Of a DNA stretch of 64,000 bases, positions 25,328 through 37,942 are shown piece after piece (within the stretch, counting starts at the first letter, position 1; each line of letters opens with the position of its first letter). Location of the stretch: the NCBI RefSeq assembly GCF_006345805.1, contig NC_042999.1, positions 42,222,001 to 42,286,000 on the forward strand, read 5' to 3'. The notes beneath the pieces were generated by a model, which saw only the letters and a list, made by a program, of their open reading frames with translations, did not search any database and was not told the DNA's origin. Source of the stretch: Octopus sinensis (taxonomy: Eukaryota). The translations under genes and the position numbers were made by a program.

Positions 25328-26183
25328 TATATATACATATATATGTAGGTATGTACATATATGTATGTATATATGCATATAGTTACATATTGTTTATATT
25401 ATATGGTCGAACGCCACGCATCCTTCTCCAAGTAAGTCTTATCTCAATAATTACGATGCGCACTCTTCTATCTCTACTATCTCTTCTCCGTCTATCTCTC
25501 TCCCTCTCTTGTTCTTCATCCTTTCTGGTTTTCTCTCCCACTCTTCCCTATTCTTCTCCTCTCCTCTTCACCGTTCCCTCTCTATCACTCTTCCACCTTG
25601 ACTCTCTCGTCGCTGAGACGTGACGAAAGGGAATCTATCTTTCTGTCCATTTCCAATCCTAAAGACAAGACGTGCTTATACCTGTCTCCTCTCATAGTTC
25701 GTCCTCCAAGCGTTCATGATAATTTTACTATCGTCTTGGCTTAACAGCCCTCACCGTTTGTTTTTTACTGTCTTGTTCTCACTGTCCTGTTCTTGTTACC
25801 ACTTTCACCCTCCGCAAAAATCCCAAATTTTATTCAATTTGCATTGCGGGAAGGACTGTTTCCACAAAGTCGCGTATTGTCCTTACCTTCGAAAAGCGGC
25901 GTAGATTAAACAGGGGCAACTGATGAAGAGGAATATTCTTTATGTTGCATGTCTCGTTTCTCTGTTTTTTTCGTTGTTCGAAAACAAAGTTCGTTTTCGA
26001 TGTTTTTGTTTTTACGTTTTCGTTTCTCATTATGTTCAATGGTTTTTTTTTAATGTCCTGTACCCATAAAAGCATGTATATATATACATATATATATGTA
26101 GGTATGTACATATATGAATGTATATATGCATATATTATTTATATTATTTTATGCTCGAACGCTACGTATCCTTCTCCAAGTAA
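25328..26183. repeat. Unclassified element bounded by ~105-bp diverged direct repeats
   Basis: 25328-25435 resembles 26077-26183 (…tcgaacgc[c/t]acg[c/t]atccttctccaagtaa). Confidence 0.6.
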
Positions 26184-26221
26184 TTTTTATCATGAAAGAT
26201 GTGTATGTGTGTGTGTGTGTG

Positions 26222-26830
26222 AATAAACTGTCGTCTAAATTACGTAAAACTGAAAATAACACTGACATTTCATTTTAACAGATATATTAACCAAAGTTAC
26301 ATAAAAATATCTTGAAATACTAAAGAGTAAACTTATTCCATAAAATCGCCAATGGCTTCAACCACGGCCCCCAGAAACTTCGAAATCTCCTGCAACTCTT
26401 CTGGACGGTCTCTTTGTTTAAGTTGGTCAATGTTGCCATAAACTCTACCTTGAGTTCATCTTTGATGTGACAAAGAGTTTTGTTGGTATCTCGCTCAACT
26501 GTGGCCCACGCATAATAATCGTGTTACAGTCTGGGGAGTTAGGTGGCCAGATGTTAGGAGTGATATGGTCGTAGAAATTTCTGACAGACATGACTGGATT
26601 CTCCAGCTTCTGTGGCCTGGTGCAGGTCCTGTTGCAAGACATAGGATGTTCTAGCAGGCGCTCTCTTCACCCAGGGCAGCACTACCTCCGCCAAGCACTT
26701 GATGCAGTTCTCCCTGTTGAGTGTGAGGCCCTGTTGGAAGATGAATGGAGGCATAAGGTCGCCATCATAGTAATCACTCCAAACACCATGATGCTAACTG
26801 GATACTTGATTTTTATAACTCTTGGTTCAT
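26222..26830 (-). mobile_element. maT/DD37D-type transposase 3' fragment, frameshifted
   Basis: MPPFIFQQGL...YVLQQD(SAP)...NFYDHITPNIWPPNSPDCN...ERDTNKT, homologous in motif to the 2.6-3.9 kb element. Confidence 0.75.
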
Positions 26831-27145
26831 GTCCTCAGATTGCACTGTCCTCAGATTAACACCCAAACACACTAAAATGTTCGTATTGGAGTTTCCGGCG
26901 CGAATGCCGAGCAGTCCAGCATGTCGTTTCCAAATTTCTGGCTAAGCGAATTGCGTCATGGTGCTGTTTTTCTCACAGACAGTACCCAACTGACCCAACT
27001 ATACTGTGGGTATATACGCAGCAACGGGCAAAATACCGCTAAGCATTTCGTCCAGCGCGCTAACGATTCTACCAGCCAACTCGCCGCCTTGTCTGGCAGC
27101 TCGTGTATCTGCTATGATGATGATTATGATGATGACGACGATGAT

Positions 27146-28042
27146 AAACAATGCATGGGCAATACCTCAGAGAAATAGAAAGGAAAGGCAAAACCAACAA
27201 TCGGAGATGGCTAAGACAATAGTATCTGAAACGATGCATTGGAACACTAATAAGCAGCAGCCAGGAACAAGCTCTGAGAACTAATTATAAAAAGTTCCAT
27301 AGAGACAAGAGCAGCGATCGTTCCTTTGTAGGATGTGTGACAGCAAAAAATGAAACAATCTCACATAGTGTGGGGTAGTGCAGGAAGCTGGTCACTGCTA
27401 AAGGAGGCACGAGAACGTGGTTAAGTTTATTCACTGGAGACTGTATGAAAAGTACGGTCTGGGCACAGCACGGAAATGGTACAAACATGAGCCAGAGGGC
27501 GTCACTGAGGACGATGAATGTAAGATCCTGTAGGATTTTACAATTCATTGTCACTCCCTAATCCATGCTCGGAGACACGACATTGTTGTCGTGGATAAAA
27601 GGAAAACAGAAACTAAGATTATACATTTTTGCCATACCTGGGGATGCACGCGTAGTTGACAAAGAGGTGGAAAAAATGGAGAAAAAAGATGGAGACTACT
27701 GAAAGACGAAGACGAAATATGAGCAATGAAAAGAGTAACTGTTATCTCAGTAGTTGCAGTGGCACTCGGAGTACTAACAACCAGATATTAAAAATATGTC
27801 AGAGAAATTTGAATTAATATGAGGGTTGAACAGGCCCAAAAAACTACTCCATAGGGGATAGCTGGAATTTTGAGATTGGTTCTTGAGTCTTGAGTGCCTT
27901 CCACGGTTAGTTAACATCCAGGTACCAATGCTTATAATTTGCGGAAAGAGAACCTGTGAGACCCCTAAACAACACAACAGGTCGCTCTCCGCTCTCACGG
28001 AATCAACCGGAGCAAGTAAGACCGAGAGCACTGAGAAGTAAA
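27146..28042 (+). mobile_element. R4/Dong-clade (RLE) non-LTR retrotransposon 3' fragment, decayed
   Basis: MHGQYLREIE...AAQEQALRTN...CRMC...ETISHIV...RHENV...RRHDIVVVDK...AIPGD...VALG (zinc knuckle plus RLE). 3' UTR runs into (ATG)n. Confidence 0.8.
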
Positions 28043-28088
28043 ATGATGATGATGATGAGGAGGAGGAGGAGGAGGAGGAGGAGGATTA

Positions 28089-28122
<34 letters not shown>

Positions 28123-28239
28123 GGTGATGGTGGTGATGATGGTGGTGGTGATGAGGATGATGAGGATGATGATGATGACGACGACGACGACGATGACGAT
28201 GACGATGATGATGATGATGACGACGACGACGACGACGAC

Positions 28240-28276
<37 letters not shown>

Positions 28277-28314
28277 GTGATGTGATGGTGGTGGTGATGG
28301 TGGTGGTGATGATG

Positions 28315-28336
<22 letters not shown>
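28043..28336. repeat. Compound (GAT)n/(GAG)n/(GGT)n/(GAC)n microsatellite
   Basis: Directly visible. Confidence 0.95.
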
Positions 28337-28356
<20 letters not shown>

Positions 28357-29241
28357 GTAATTTTTATTTGCTATCAGCGTCAATGAATAATAAATAAACA
28401 TCGATTCCAAGTTAGAGCCATTTCACTTGTTACACACACACACACACACACACAAAACAAAACAAAAAAAACACAGAGGCAAACACTGACATGCAGACAG
28501 GCACGCTACCGTTGCAACTACGGTTACTATTGCAAAAGAAAAAAAAAAAAAACCAAGTTTCTGCAACCGCAGATTCACAACAGAAGCAATTACCAACATT
28601 CGCAAAACGCCACCTACTATAACCATATAACTACTATACTATATACAAAGTGCCAATATCTTTAACATACCATTACAAAGCTATCTGCTTTAAAATAATC
28701 ATTCTTTGACACGTCTTTCGGACATCATTAGAATTCTGTGTCATAAAAAGTTTTTCAGCGAACGAAGGGGAGGGAAAAAAAAAATTACTGCGGCTAACTT
28801 ATAATGGCTTTTGATGTGTTTGTTGCCAACTGTCGGCTATTAAAAGCTGTCGATATTTCCATCAACCAAATGGGGTGCTTAAGTTGAATAGATTCGAAAT
28901 GAAGTCGCTATGTTATATTAACTGAGATTTGCAATGACATTTGTTCTCATTGAAATAGAAATATAGATATTACTGTGTGACGAATTAATATCGAAAAAGC
29001 TTTTAGTTTGGTTGTCGACACATGAGCTCCATAAGCACTTGCACACACCACCATCACACCGTATACTCTCTCTCTCTCTCTCTCCCTCATATTCACGCAG
29101 CAGAGCCAGTCACTACGAGAAAGAAAGAAATACGCAGACGTACATATGGGAATAGATTAGAATTAATAATTCGTGAATGTAGTGTATAACATTATTTCCG
29201 AGGATGTATGTATATGTGAGCGCGCATGTGTGTGTTTATGT

Positions 29242-29289
<48 letters not shown>

Positions 29290-29401
29290 ATGTATGTATA
29301 TATAAACCACTCTTTTCTTTCTCTGGGCGTCTTATCAATACCTTACATGTGCTACATCCTCACGTTGTTGGTTTTTTTCGTCTGTCTTTTTCTCTGCTTT
29401 C

Positions 29402-29462
<61 letters not shown>

Positions 29463-29493
29463 CAAAATAAGCAACAAGGATATCCAGAGGTAA

Positions 29494-29579
29494 TGCAGTA
29501 CAATCGTTTCATGCGACTCCATTAATTGAACAATGCAATCATTACATCAATTTAAAATGCAGAGCAACCTTCAGCTGCA
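29494..29579 (-). ncRNA. Type I hammerhead-like motif (family E, minus copy, A9G)
   Basis: UGCAG|CUGAAGG-U-UGC..long imperfect hairpin..GCA-U-GAAAC-GAUU-GUA|CUGCA; 5-bp helix I. Confidence 0.6.
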
Positions 29580-29734
29580 CAAAGACATAGACTTTAATTT
29601 AAATTAGAACAGATGGCCATATTAGTATAATTATACCTACAATCTCGAAGAAGATAAGGAGATAGACAAAGAAAATGCTGTCCCAACTCCAGTTTAGAAG
29701 TTACTTCTAATTGAAATAAATTTCTATGTCTTTG

Positions 29735-29816
29735 TGCAGCTGAAGATTGATCTGCATTTTATTTTGATGTAATGATTGCATTGTTCAATTAAATGGAATT
29801 GCATGAAACGATCGTA
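29735..29816 (+). ncRNA. Type I hammerhead-like motif (family E, plus copy)
   Basis: UGCAG|CUGAAGA(29740-46)-U...U-GAAA(29805-08)-C-GAUC-G-U-A(29816). Palindromic helix III ACGAUCGU. The 3' strand of helix I is lost at the junction. Confidence 0.6.
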
Positions 29817-29828
29817 TTCTATATATAT

Positions 29829-30298
29829 ATTATATATAGAGGACATTACTATACATAAATGACACACGCTAAGAGGGACTCTTAAAGTCAAAACTACTAA
29901 AATAAATAAACACATCGTACCGAATGCAACTTTCGAAGCCAGCCACTTAAAAACAGAATTTAGTTGTAGATCACTGTGATTTCATGATTAGTGCAGAAAT
30001 ACACTTTTTAATCATCAATACAAGCATAATTCAAGATTTATAACGAATGAACAAAATCAACATACCAGACGAACAACCAATGTATCCAACGTAACATATA
30101 GAAATGTTCACCCTTTATACATCTATGTAAATGGCGGGCTTTTTCGAATTGCATTTCGGTAACAATGTGCCTTTCGGAATAAAAATTCAGTACTGAGAGT
30201 TGCATTCGGTACGATGTGTTTATTTATTTTAGTAGCTTTGACTTTAAGAGACTCTCTTAGCGCGTGGCATTTATGTATAGTAATGCCCTCTATATAAT
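29829..30298. repeat. Inverted repeat element, ~100-bp arms (29829-29931 / 30198-30298), ~265-bp interior
   Basis: e.g. cttaaagtcaaaactactaaaataaataaacacatcgtaccgaatgcaact versus agttgcattcggtacgatgtgtttatttattttagtagctttgactttaag. Confidence 0.85.
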
Positions 30299-30539
30299 AT
30301 AAATGAATATATTTAAGTGAAAAAATTGGTGGATTTTTTCTCTTATGAGGTTTTCCACGCTAACTACTTGATAAAATTCTTATAAAGATTTTATCTTATT
30401 TTTAAATTGTAAATTTAACCGGAGTTAACAAGTAAAAGAATAAAAGAATAAAGGAATGTGTATATACATATATATGTGTGTGTATGTGTGTGTGTGTATA
30501 TATATATTATGTATGTGTGTGTGTATATATATGTATATA

Positions 30540-30631
<92 letters not shown>

Positions 30632-30774
30632 GTATGTATGTATGTATGTATGCATTGCCCAATGTAATTAGTTCAAGAAATTTGAAAAGAATTTTACTAG
30701 GACACTCAAAATGAAAAAAGAATGCATTATATGGATATATTTAGAATATTATCTGTAAGGCATACAAGGGTCGA

Positions 30775-31226
30775 CTAGAAAAGCTGAAACTCTATTCACT
30801 CCAACGACGCCGTGAACGCTACATTATTTGTATGATGTGGAAAATATTCCATCCGCACTGTCCACCTTTAAAATACACCCAAGACTTGGACCCTGTGCCA
30901 TCCGTCCACAACAAAAATCTAAATCGCATCTCATAACAACAATACGGCACAATTAATTCACCTCAATTGGCCCCGGTCTCTTCAACATTACACCAGGACA
31001 CGTCAAAACAGAAACTGACCACACAAAATTCAAGAAGTCTTTGGATAAATTCCTTCAAGCAGACAAACCACCCACACCCGGATATGTCTCCGCAAACAAT
31101 AAATCTCTTCTCGAATGGGCCTTGGTGCCCAAATCCTGAATGGAAAGACTTCGCCAGGTGGTGCTATTAAGTAAGACATAGCCTGGGCCAATACTGGCCA
31201 AAACCTTTCTAAGTTATTCTAAGTTA
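30775..31226 (+). mobile_element. CR1/L2-group LINE 3' end
   Basis: RLEKLKLYSLQRRRERYIICMMWKIF...GPGLFN...FKKSLDKFL...GYVSANNKSLLEW; tandem tail ttctaagttattctaag. Confidence 0.75.
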
Positions 31227-31262
<36 letters not shown>

Positions 31263-31307
31263 TATATACACAGACATGCGCACGTTCGTATATAAACACA
31301 TACATAC

Positions 31308-31353
<46 letters not shown>

Positions 31354-31446
31354 GTGTGTGCGTGTGTGCGTGTGTGTGTGTGTGTGCTTTCGATGCGAAT
31401 AGTTTTGTTACACGCTGCCGTGTATAATGATATTTATATAAGCTTC

Positions 31447-31677
31447 AAGCTTATGGCGATCACCGGGCAATGACTAATAAAGGGGCATATAAGCCCTCGA
31501 CGGTAAAAGTTGGCTCTCTTTTCCTTTGTTAACGCGACTAAGTGTGTTAAAGGTAATACAGTCGCGTTAACAAAAGAATGTGGTTTCGAGTCCCAAGCGG
31601 ATACGAAAGACATTTTTTTTCTGCTGATGGCTTATATGCCCCTTTATTAGTCATTGCCCGGTGATCGCCATAAGCTT
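31447..31677. mobile_element. MITE-like element: perfect 49-bp terminal inverted repeats with a nested 15-bp hairpin
   Basis: 31447-31495 is the exact reverse complement of 31629-31677. Internally, 31525-31539 pairs with 31560-31574. Confidence 0.7.
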
Positions 31678-31682
31678 TATAT

Positions 31683-31719
<37 letters not shown>

Positions 31720-31819
31720 TTATGTATGTATGTATGTATATGTATATGTATATATCTATGTATATATATATATATAAATACTCACACATGTATGGCTAGG
31801 GTGTATACTACCATGACAA

Positions 31820-31960
31820 TATCGCCTTCAAACTTTGGCACATGGCCAGCAGTTTGGGAGCTGGGAGGCAAGTCGATTACATCGGACCGAATACTCAACT
31901 GGTATATACTTCATTGACCCTGAAAGAGCGAAAGGCAAAGTCAACCTCGGCGGAATTCGA
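31820..31960 (-). mobile_element. Short SINE, partial
   Basis: gtcgattacatcg...actcaactggta...gaaaggcaaagtcaacctcggcggaatt. Confidence 0.7.
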
Positions 31961-32940
31961 AATTCCATCACGACAATGCTGATGTGCAATTTAAGACAGA
32001 AGTTTAATGCTACTTGATACTTTTGTCAGCAGACGTACAGAGAGAGAATCATAAATATGGATTGCCGCTTATTGTATTGTATGACAGAAACCGTTGAAAT
32101 AGAGTCTATTTATAATTCAGTATTTGGTACATTTATCATCTACACATACTGTTCTCATTTTCTTTCGCCAATTTTTATTTTAGAAATGTTGCTTTGATTT
32201 ACCTGATGCGCCATATCTCAATCATTTGCATCCATTTGCATACGTTTCATCGTAGAATTAGAGAATGGTCTATTCAGAGATCTTTGTGAGTGTAACGAGG
32301 TCGTAGGATATAATACCTTGAAATAAAGAGTCAATGACCTGACGTTCGTGATTTGGTTCTCCTGTACTGTTATTGATATTGCTGTTCGGCGATAGGTCAG
32401 ACTTGATCAAGCCGGTCTATGATCAAAGGCTTTGATATATGGAATTTTCATTATATTTTATGATAAAGTATCCCGAGGACTTCATTATACAATGTTTGCG
32501 TTTAAAGATAGCTGAAGGAGATTTAGCTGCCACTAGTAGACATAATCAGCGTTGCTCGGGATTTAAATGACATAGTTTGTATATATGGTGCAGTTAAGGG
32601 GATACAGGGAAGTGCAGCATTGACAACAAAACATTTCTGGAGCATATGAATTGATAATTCGACTAAGTGACGTTTCATGCGTCTGTTTGGAAGATTCCAG
32701 GCCCTAACCGTGTCATGGTGGGGTATGCGATTTTTGAACACACCAAAAACCTCTTGGTGGATATACTCTTCTTTGCGGCTGTCGGTGCTGCCACTACCTG
32801 GCTGAACAATCAGCAGACATAGGAACTATATCTATGTGATAGATTAAGCCTACGGGCGCGCTCGACTGCACCACATGAGAAGAATGACGTAGTAAGTGGG
32901 GTGAGGATTGGCAAGGAAGCGCTTGGAAACAACACTATCA

Positions 32941-33362
32941 TGCAATATTTCGGTTTGAAATCAATAGTCGTAGTTCAACCGTGCACTCCTTTGCGCAAAC
33001 ATCGTACGAGCATTATGAAGACAACTCAGCTCCCAAACGAAAATAATTCCGCATGCAACATCGAGGTACGCAAGGTCACATTAAGGACATGGACTGTAAC
33101 AGCGTGGTTGGGTCACGTGAGTTGAGTTGCTGACGTGGCTGGAAATCAGTAGTCGTGGCTCAACCGTACACTCCTTTGCGTAAACAGCGTGCGACCATTG
33201 CGACGACAACTCAACTCCCCAACGAAAACAATTCTGCATGCAGCATCCGGGCACGCAAAGTCACATTAAGGATATGATCCCTAACAAATGTGGTTCGGTC
33301 TTAGACACCATAAATTAGTAGGTTAATGCATATGCGATATTTCGGTTCGTAATCAATAGCTG
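32941..33362. repeat. Diverged tandem duplication, unit ~185 bp (about 2.2 copies)
   Basis: 32957-33090 resembles 33143-33275 with no indels in the core; a third partial copy is near 33330. Confidence 0.8.
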
Positions 33363-34482
33363 AAAAATATTTGTATGGGCTTTGTCTAGGCTTAGAAGGA
33401 AAACTTTGATACTGAAGCTAAACGAATATAGTTCAATAGTTGCTCAGGATTTAAGATATTTTAGCATATTTTTCATAATAAACATAGTGCATTCCAAACG
33501 GTTTTTATTCCAACAAATTGCTACCTATGGTACTACGGGAACAGGCTATTATTGCTACCACTTAGACAATGCGGTTTGAAATCTGCATCGGTTCATCCAT
33601 TTAATACAACCTACTTATACCATTTCAGTAGCTGCTTTTTCCAGTTTGAACAAAAGCAATGCGTGGACCATGCGGGCAGTCGTACATACCGAATGAAAGG
33701 GAGATTTCTACCCTCGAGGTCCCCGTTACTCATTATGCGAAAATAAAAATTTTAAGAGTCTAAAACCATCTCTGGAACATAAGTAATGTACGTTCCCAGT
33801 TTGGAGAAAATCAGTGGCGAACTTCAAAAGTTTTGCGGGTTTACACACACACACATACACACATACACTCACACACACACGCGCGCGCGCACACACACAC
33901 ACATTCTCAATTTTATATATATAGATTTTTTGCAGATCAAGAAACCATGTAGAATTCCACCTCGAGGATGATGGGTTGGTTGTAAAGTGCCGGAGAAAGT
34001 GCTTCGCGGGGTTTAGTTACATCTCTGTGATCTGAGTTCTGATCTCATTGGGGTCAACATACATTTTCCTCATTCTGGGTTAGTTAAAATAAGCAGCAAT
34101 AAAATATTCAGTGAAAAGCAGCGAGTAAGTAGATTCGTTACCGTGGCGGACAAAATGGTTAGCTTTGCATTCTAAATTCGAATACCGCCAAGGTCGACTT
34201 TGGGGTCGATAAAATAAGTATTAATGAGCACTGGAGTCACTGAAATCGACTAACCCCTCTCGCAAGCTTTTAGACCTTGCACCTGTAGTAGAAAGAATTA
34301 AATACTTAGTAAAAAGGCGGCGAGATAATATATTCGTTCCGCGCCGGACAAAATGCTTAGCTTTACGTTCTGTGTCCAAATTCCACCAATATCTCAGGAT
34401 TGTACCTATAGTTGAAAGAACTAAATCTCTCCTATCTTATCAGCAACACGGTCCTCTAAAATATATGCCTTGTCCCTGTTGT

Positions 34483-34790
34483 GAAGGCGCGTGGCTTAGT
34501 GACGATTGTAAGGTCGTGAGTTCGATTCCCGGCGATGCATTGTGTCCTTGAGCAAGACACTTTATTTCACGTTGCTCCAGTCCACTCAGCTGGCAAAAAT
34601 GAGTAGTACCTGTATTTCAAAAAGGGCCAGCCTTGTCACGCTCTGTGTCACGCTGAATCTCCCAGAGAACTACGTTAAGGGTACTCGTGTCTGTGGATTG
34701 CTCAGTCACTTGCACGTTAATTCCACAAGCAAGCTATTCCGTTGATCGTATCAGCTGGCACCCTCGTCGTCGTAACCGACGGAGTGCTCC
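34483..34790 (+). mobile_element. tRNA-derived SINE (gaaggcgcgtggcttagtg family)
   Basis: A/B boxes; nearly collinear with 44355-44678. Confidence 0.85.
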
Positions 34791-34914
34791 TAAAGATGCC
34801 TTGTCCTTGTGTTTGAAACATTATTGTTCTTAATGAGTGTAATAGTGTCCCAGTATTTAGTTACTTGTATTTAACTTTTGAATTCAAACCCCGTCTGAGT
34901 TTCTTTCTTTCTTT

Positions 34915-35313
34915 CTTTTACTTGTTTCAGTCAGTTGACTGCGGCCATGCTGGAGCACCGCCTTTAGTCGAGCAAATCGACCCCGGGACTTATTCTTTCG
35001 TAAGCCCAGTACTTATTCTATCGGTCTCTTTTTGCTGAACCGCTAAGTTACGGGGACGTAAACACACCAGCATCGGTTGTCAAGCAATGCTAGGGGGACA
35101 AACACAGACACACAAACATGCACACACATACATATATATATACATATATACGACAGGCTTCTTTCAGTTTCCATCTACCAAATCCACTCACAAGGCATTG
35201 GTCGGCCCGGGGCTATAGCAGAAGACACTTACCCAAGATGCCAAGCAGTGGGACTGAACCCGGAACCATGTGGTTGGTTAGCAAGCTACTTACCACACAG
35301 CCACTCCTGCGCC
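34915..35313 (-). mobile_element. Long tRNA-derived SINE, complete
   Basis: As 8551-8959. Confidence 0.9.
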
Positions 35314-36112
35314 TATATTTGTCTATATTTGTATCCTTTCATTTCTATCATCGATTAAATACCACCCAAAGACATTGCGTTGAATCTGTTGTATACCCCT
35401 TAAATTCATTTACAATTTGTAGCACTTCTTTACGGTTAGGTAGTCAGTGATTTGCGAATGCATTTTCTCTTATATGAATGAGAATCCAACTGATAAGTCT
35501 AACGACATTTGCTTTTGATGGGGCGCTATGTAGGTGGTGTCTTAGGAATCTGCCACACGACACTCTCAAGAATAATAGAGGGAGAAGGTGGATTTGGTGG
35601 ATGGATGGATTGATGGACAGACGAACGGAAGAACGTATGGACGAATGAACGGAGGGACGGACGGACGGAAGGACGGACGGGTAGATGGTTAAATGGAAGG
35701 ATTGTTAGATTAAAGGACTGATGGAAGGATGGAAGGATGTAAGGACGGACGGTTGGACGAACGGATGGATGGATTGATGGATAAATGAACGATTGTATTC
35801 CAACAGTAATGACGGTGGATCATTCTTGCAAATTTCGTAGTTGTGCGGTCCACTACAATATTGACACAGCATTGTGATTCCAACTTTACAAGACGACATC
35901 TTAAACTTTTCAAAATTTAGATCGATTGACATTTAATGAGAAAGGAAGCAAAGTAATAAAAGAAAAAACTAAACAGAAATACAAAGAACGAAAATATGAA
36001 AACATGGGTATCTTGTTAATTAAGCGATATTTTAGATTTTCTCTTCTTTCTGTGATTTTTCCAGTTCGGTTTTCTTTTCCTGCTGCGTGCTCTCTTTATC
36101 TTTTTTGTTTCA

Positions 36113-36289
36113 GGCGCAGGAGTGGCTGTGTGGTAAGTAGCTTGCTTACCAACCACATGGTTCCGGGTTCAGTCCCACGACGTGGCACCTTGGGCAAGTG
36201 TCTTCTGCAATAGTCTCGGGCCGACAAAAGCCTTGTGAGGGGATTTGGTAGAAGGAAACTGAAAGAAGCCCGTCGTTTATATGTATATG

Positions 36290-36327
<38 letters not shown>

Positions 36328-36339
36328 GTGTGTGTGTGT

Positions 36340-36384
<45 letters not shown>

Positions 36385-36599
36385 TTGTGTGTGCTTGTGT
36401 GTCTGTGTTTGTCCCTCCACCCAACATCTCTTGACCACCGACGCTGGTGTGTTTATGCCCCGTAACTTAGCGGTTCGGCAAAAGAGACCGATAGAATTAG
36501 AATAATAGAATAATGAATAAGTCCTGGGGGTCGATTTGCTCGACTAATGGCGGTGTTCCAGTATGGCCGCAGTCAAATGACTGAAACAAGTAAAAGAGA
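36113..36599 (+). mobile_element. Long tRNA-derived SINE, complete, expanded internal (TG)n
   Basis: As 24918-25327. Confidence 0.9.
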
Positions 36600-37740
36600 A
36601 TATATGTATGTATGCCCGTGTCACATGGTATTGAAGAATTAGACTTTTCTTTTATATTTTCTCTAATGAACTGGAATATCTATGATTCGAATTTCATCAA
36701 AATTGGAGATTAAAAATCTTATTGAGGGTTCTTTCCCTCTTTATACACCCTAACAAAAATTCTAATCATAATACATTTATCCAATCTTTGTACCCAGATT
36801 CCAAAATCCAGATCTTATAAAACCTATCTAAAGGTTTTTGCTCCAGAAAAATGGAGCACATGGAGCTCTAAAGTGTGGGTGTTAAGGCCCCTTAAAGTCA
36901 ACTAGAGAAATTGAATTGTTGGGAATCTTTTTTAATTTGTGTCTTATATCTATTGCTCAATGTGTTTTTTAATCGGAACTATATGAATGTTCACTGGGTT
37001 TGTAAATCAGAGCAAAGCTACAGGAAATCAATAGACGAATGATCACAATAAGTAGTCAGCTACCCTACCCTAGTCGTTATCACACCCCAATGTAGGATCC
37101 CTCACTATACAGGTGACCGGCACAGCTGTACGATGCATTACGTACCTATAGCAATTGGAAGGGCATAACCCAACTCAAATAAACATTAACAACTGTGTGA
37201 CGTGGGGGCTAAGGAGAAATGAACGTGTCACCTGTAGAGTTTGCCAATGATCACTATGCCGAAAGGTAACTGAACAGAATAAATTTGCAGTCTATAAATC
37301 TCTTTGAATAACCAATCACTTATCTGGAAAGGCCTTGAAATCAGTGTTACCAACTGGGGACTATCTTTGACCCAGTGATAATAAAAAGACTCAAAGGAGG
37401 TCCGCAACCAAATAACTTTACTCAAAATAACACTTTGCATCTGAATCAATGGAGGCAAAGATGCTTCTCCTGTACTTGACAATTTATGCACCACATTGCA
37501 GAAATATAAGAAGTATAAATCAAAGGAAACTCTTACACTGTTGTACCAATAAATTACAAATAACGCTCATCTTGTATGCTCAGGTGGCTCTACAGCTTCC
37601 AAGACTACAAATGTATTGGACCTGGCTTAGGAAAAATGACTAAATTGTAGGGGTTCAGGGGTCTTAATAACTCCTAAGAAGTTGAAATTTTTGGAACATT
37701 ACTTCATTCATGTCTATCTATGGTTAAAATATCATCAACA

Positions 37741-37829
37741 AGAGACGAAGACAGGTGGTGTAGACAACAAACAGATGTATTAGTTTAACGCTCGGGAAGT
37801 GAAAAAGTCTTTAACGTTTCGAGCCTACG

Positions 37830-37831
<2 letters not shown>
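37741..37831 (-). mobile_element. Family C repeat fragment with the 3' half of a hammerhead
   Basis: The minus strand reads AGC-GUAG-GCUC-GAAAC-GUU-AAAGA; the CUGnnGA half is replaced by (TA)n. Confidence 0.65.
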
Positions 37832-37874
<43 letters not shown>

Positions 37875-37942
37875 ATACATATACACATATATAAGCAAAT
37901 AAATCTATATATACATGTATATATACATATACACATATATGT

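Noticed and set aside
32941-33362. CRISPR-like or other repeat-spacer array
   Set aside because: Eukaryotic context and no short constant repeats with unique spacers anywhere in the window.
35827-35866. CQYCSGPHNYEIC zinc-knuckle-like motif on the minus strand
   Set aside because: Isolated 13-codon match with no supporting gag/ORF1 context; could easily be chance.
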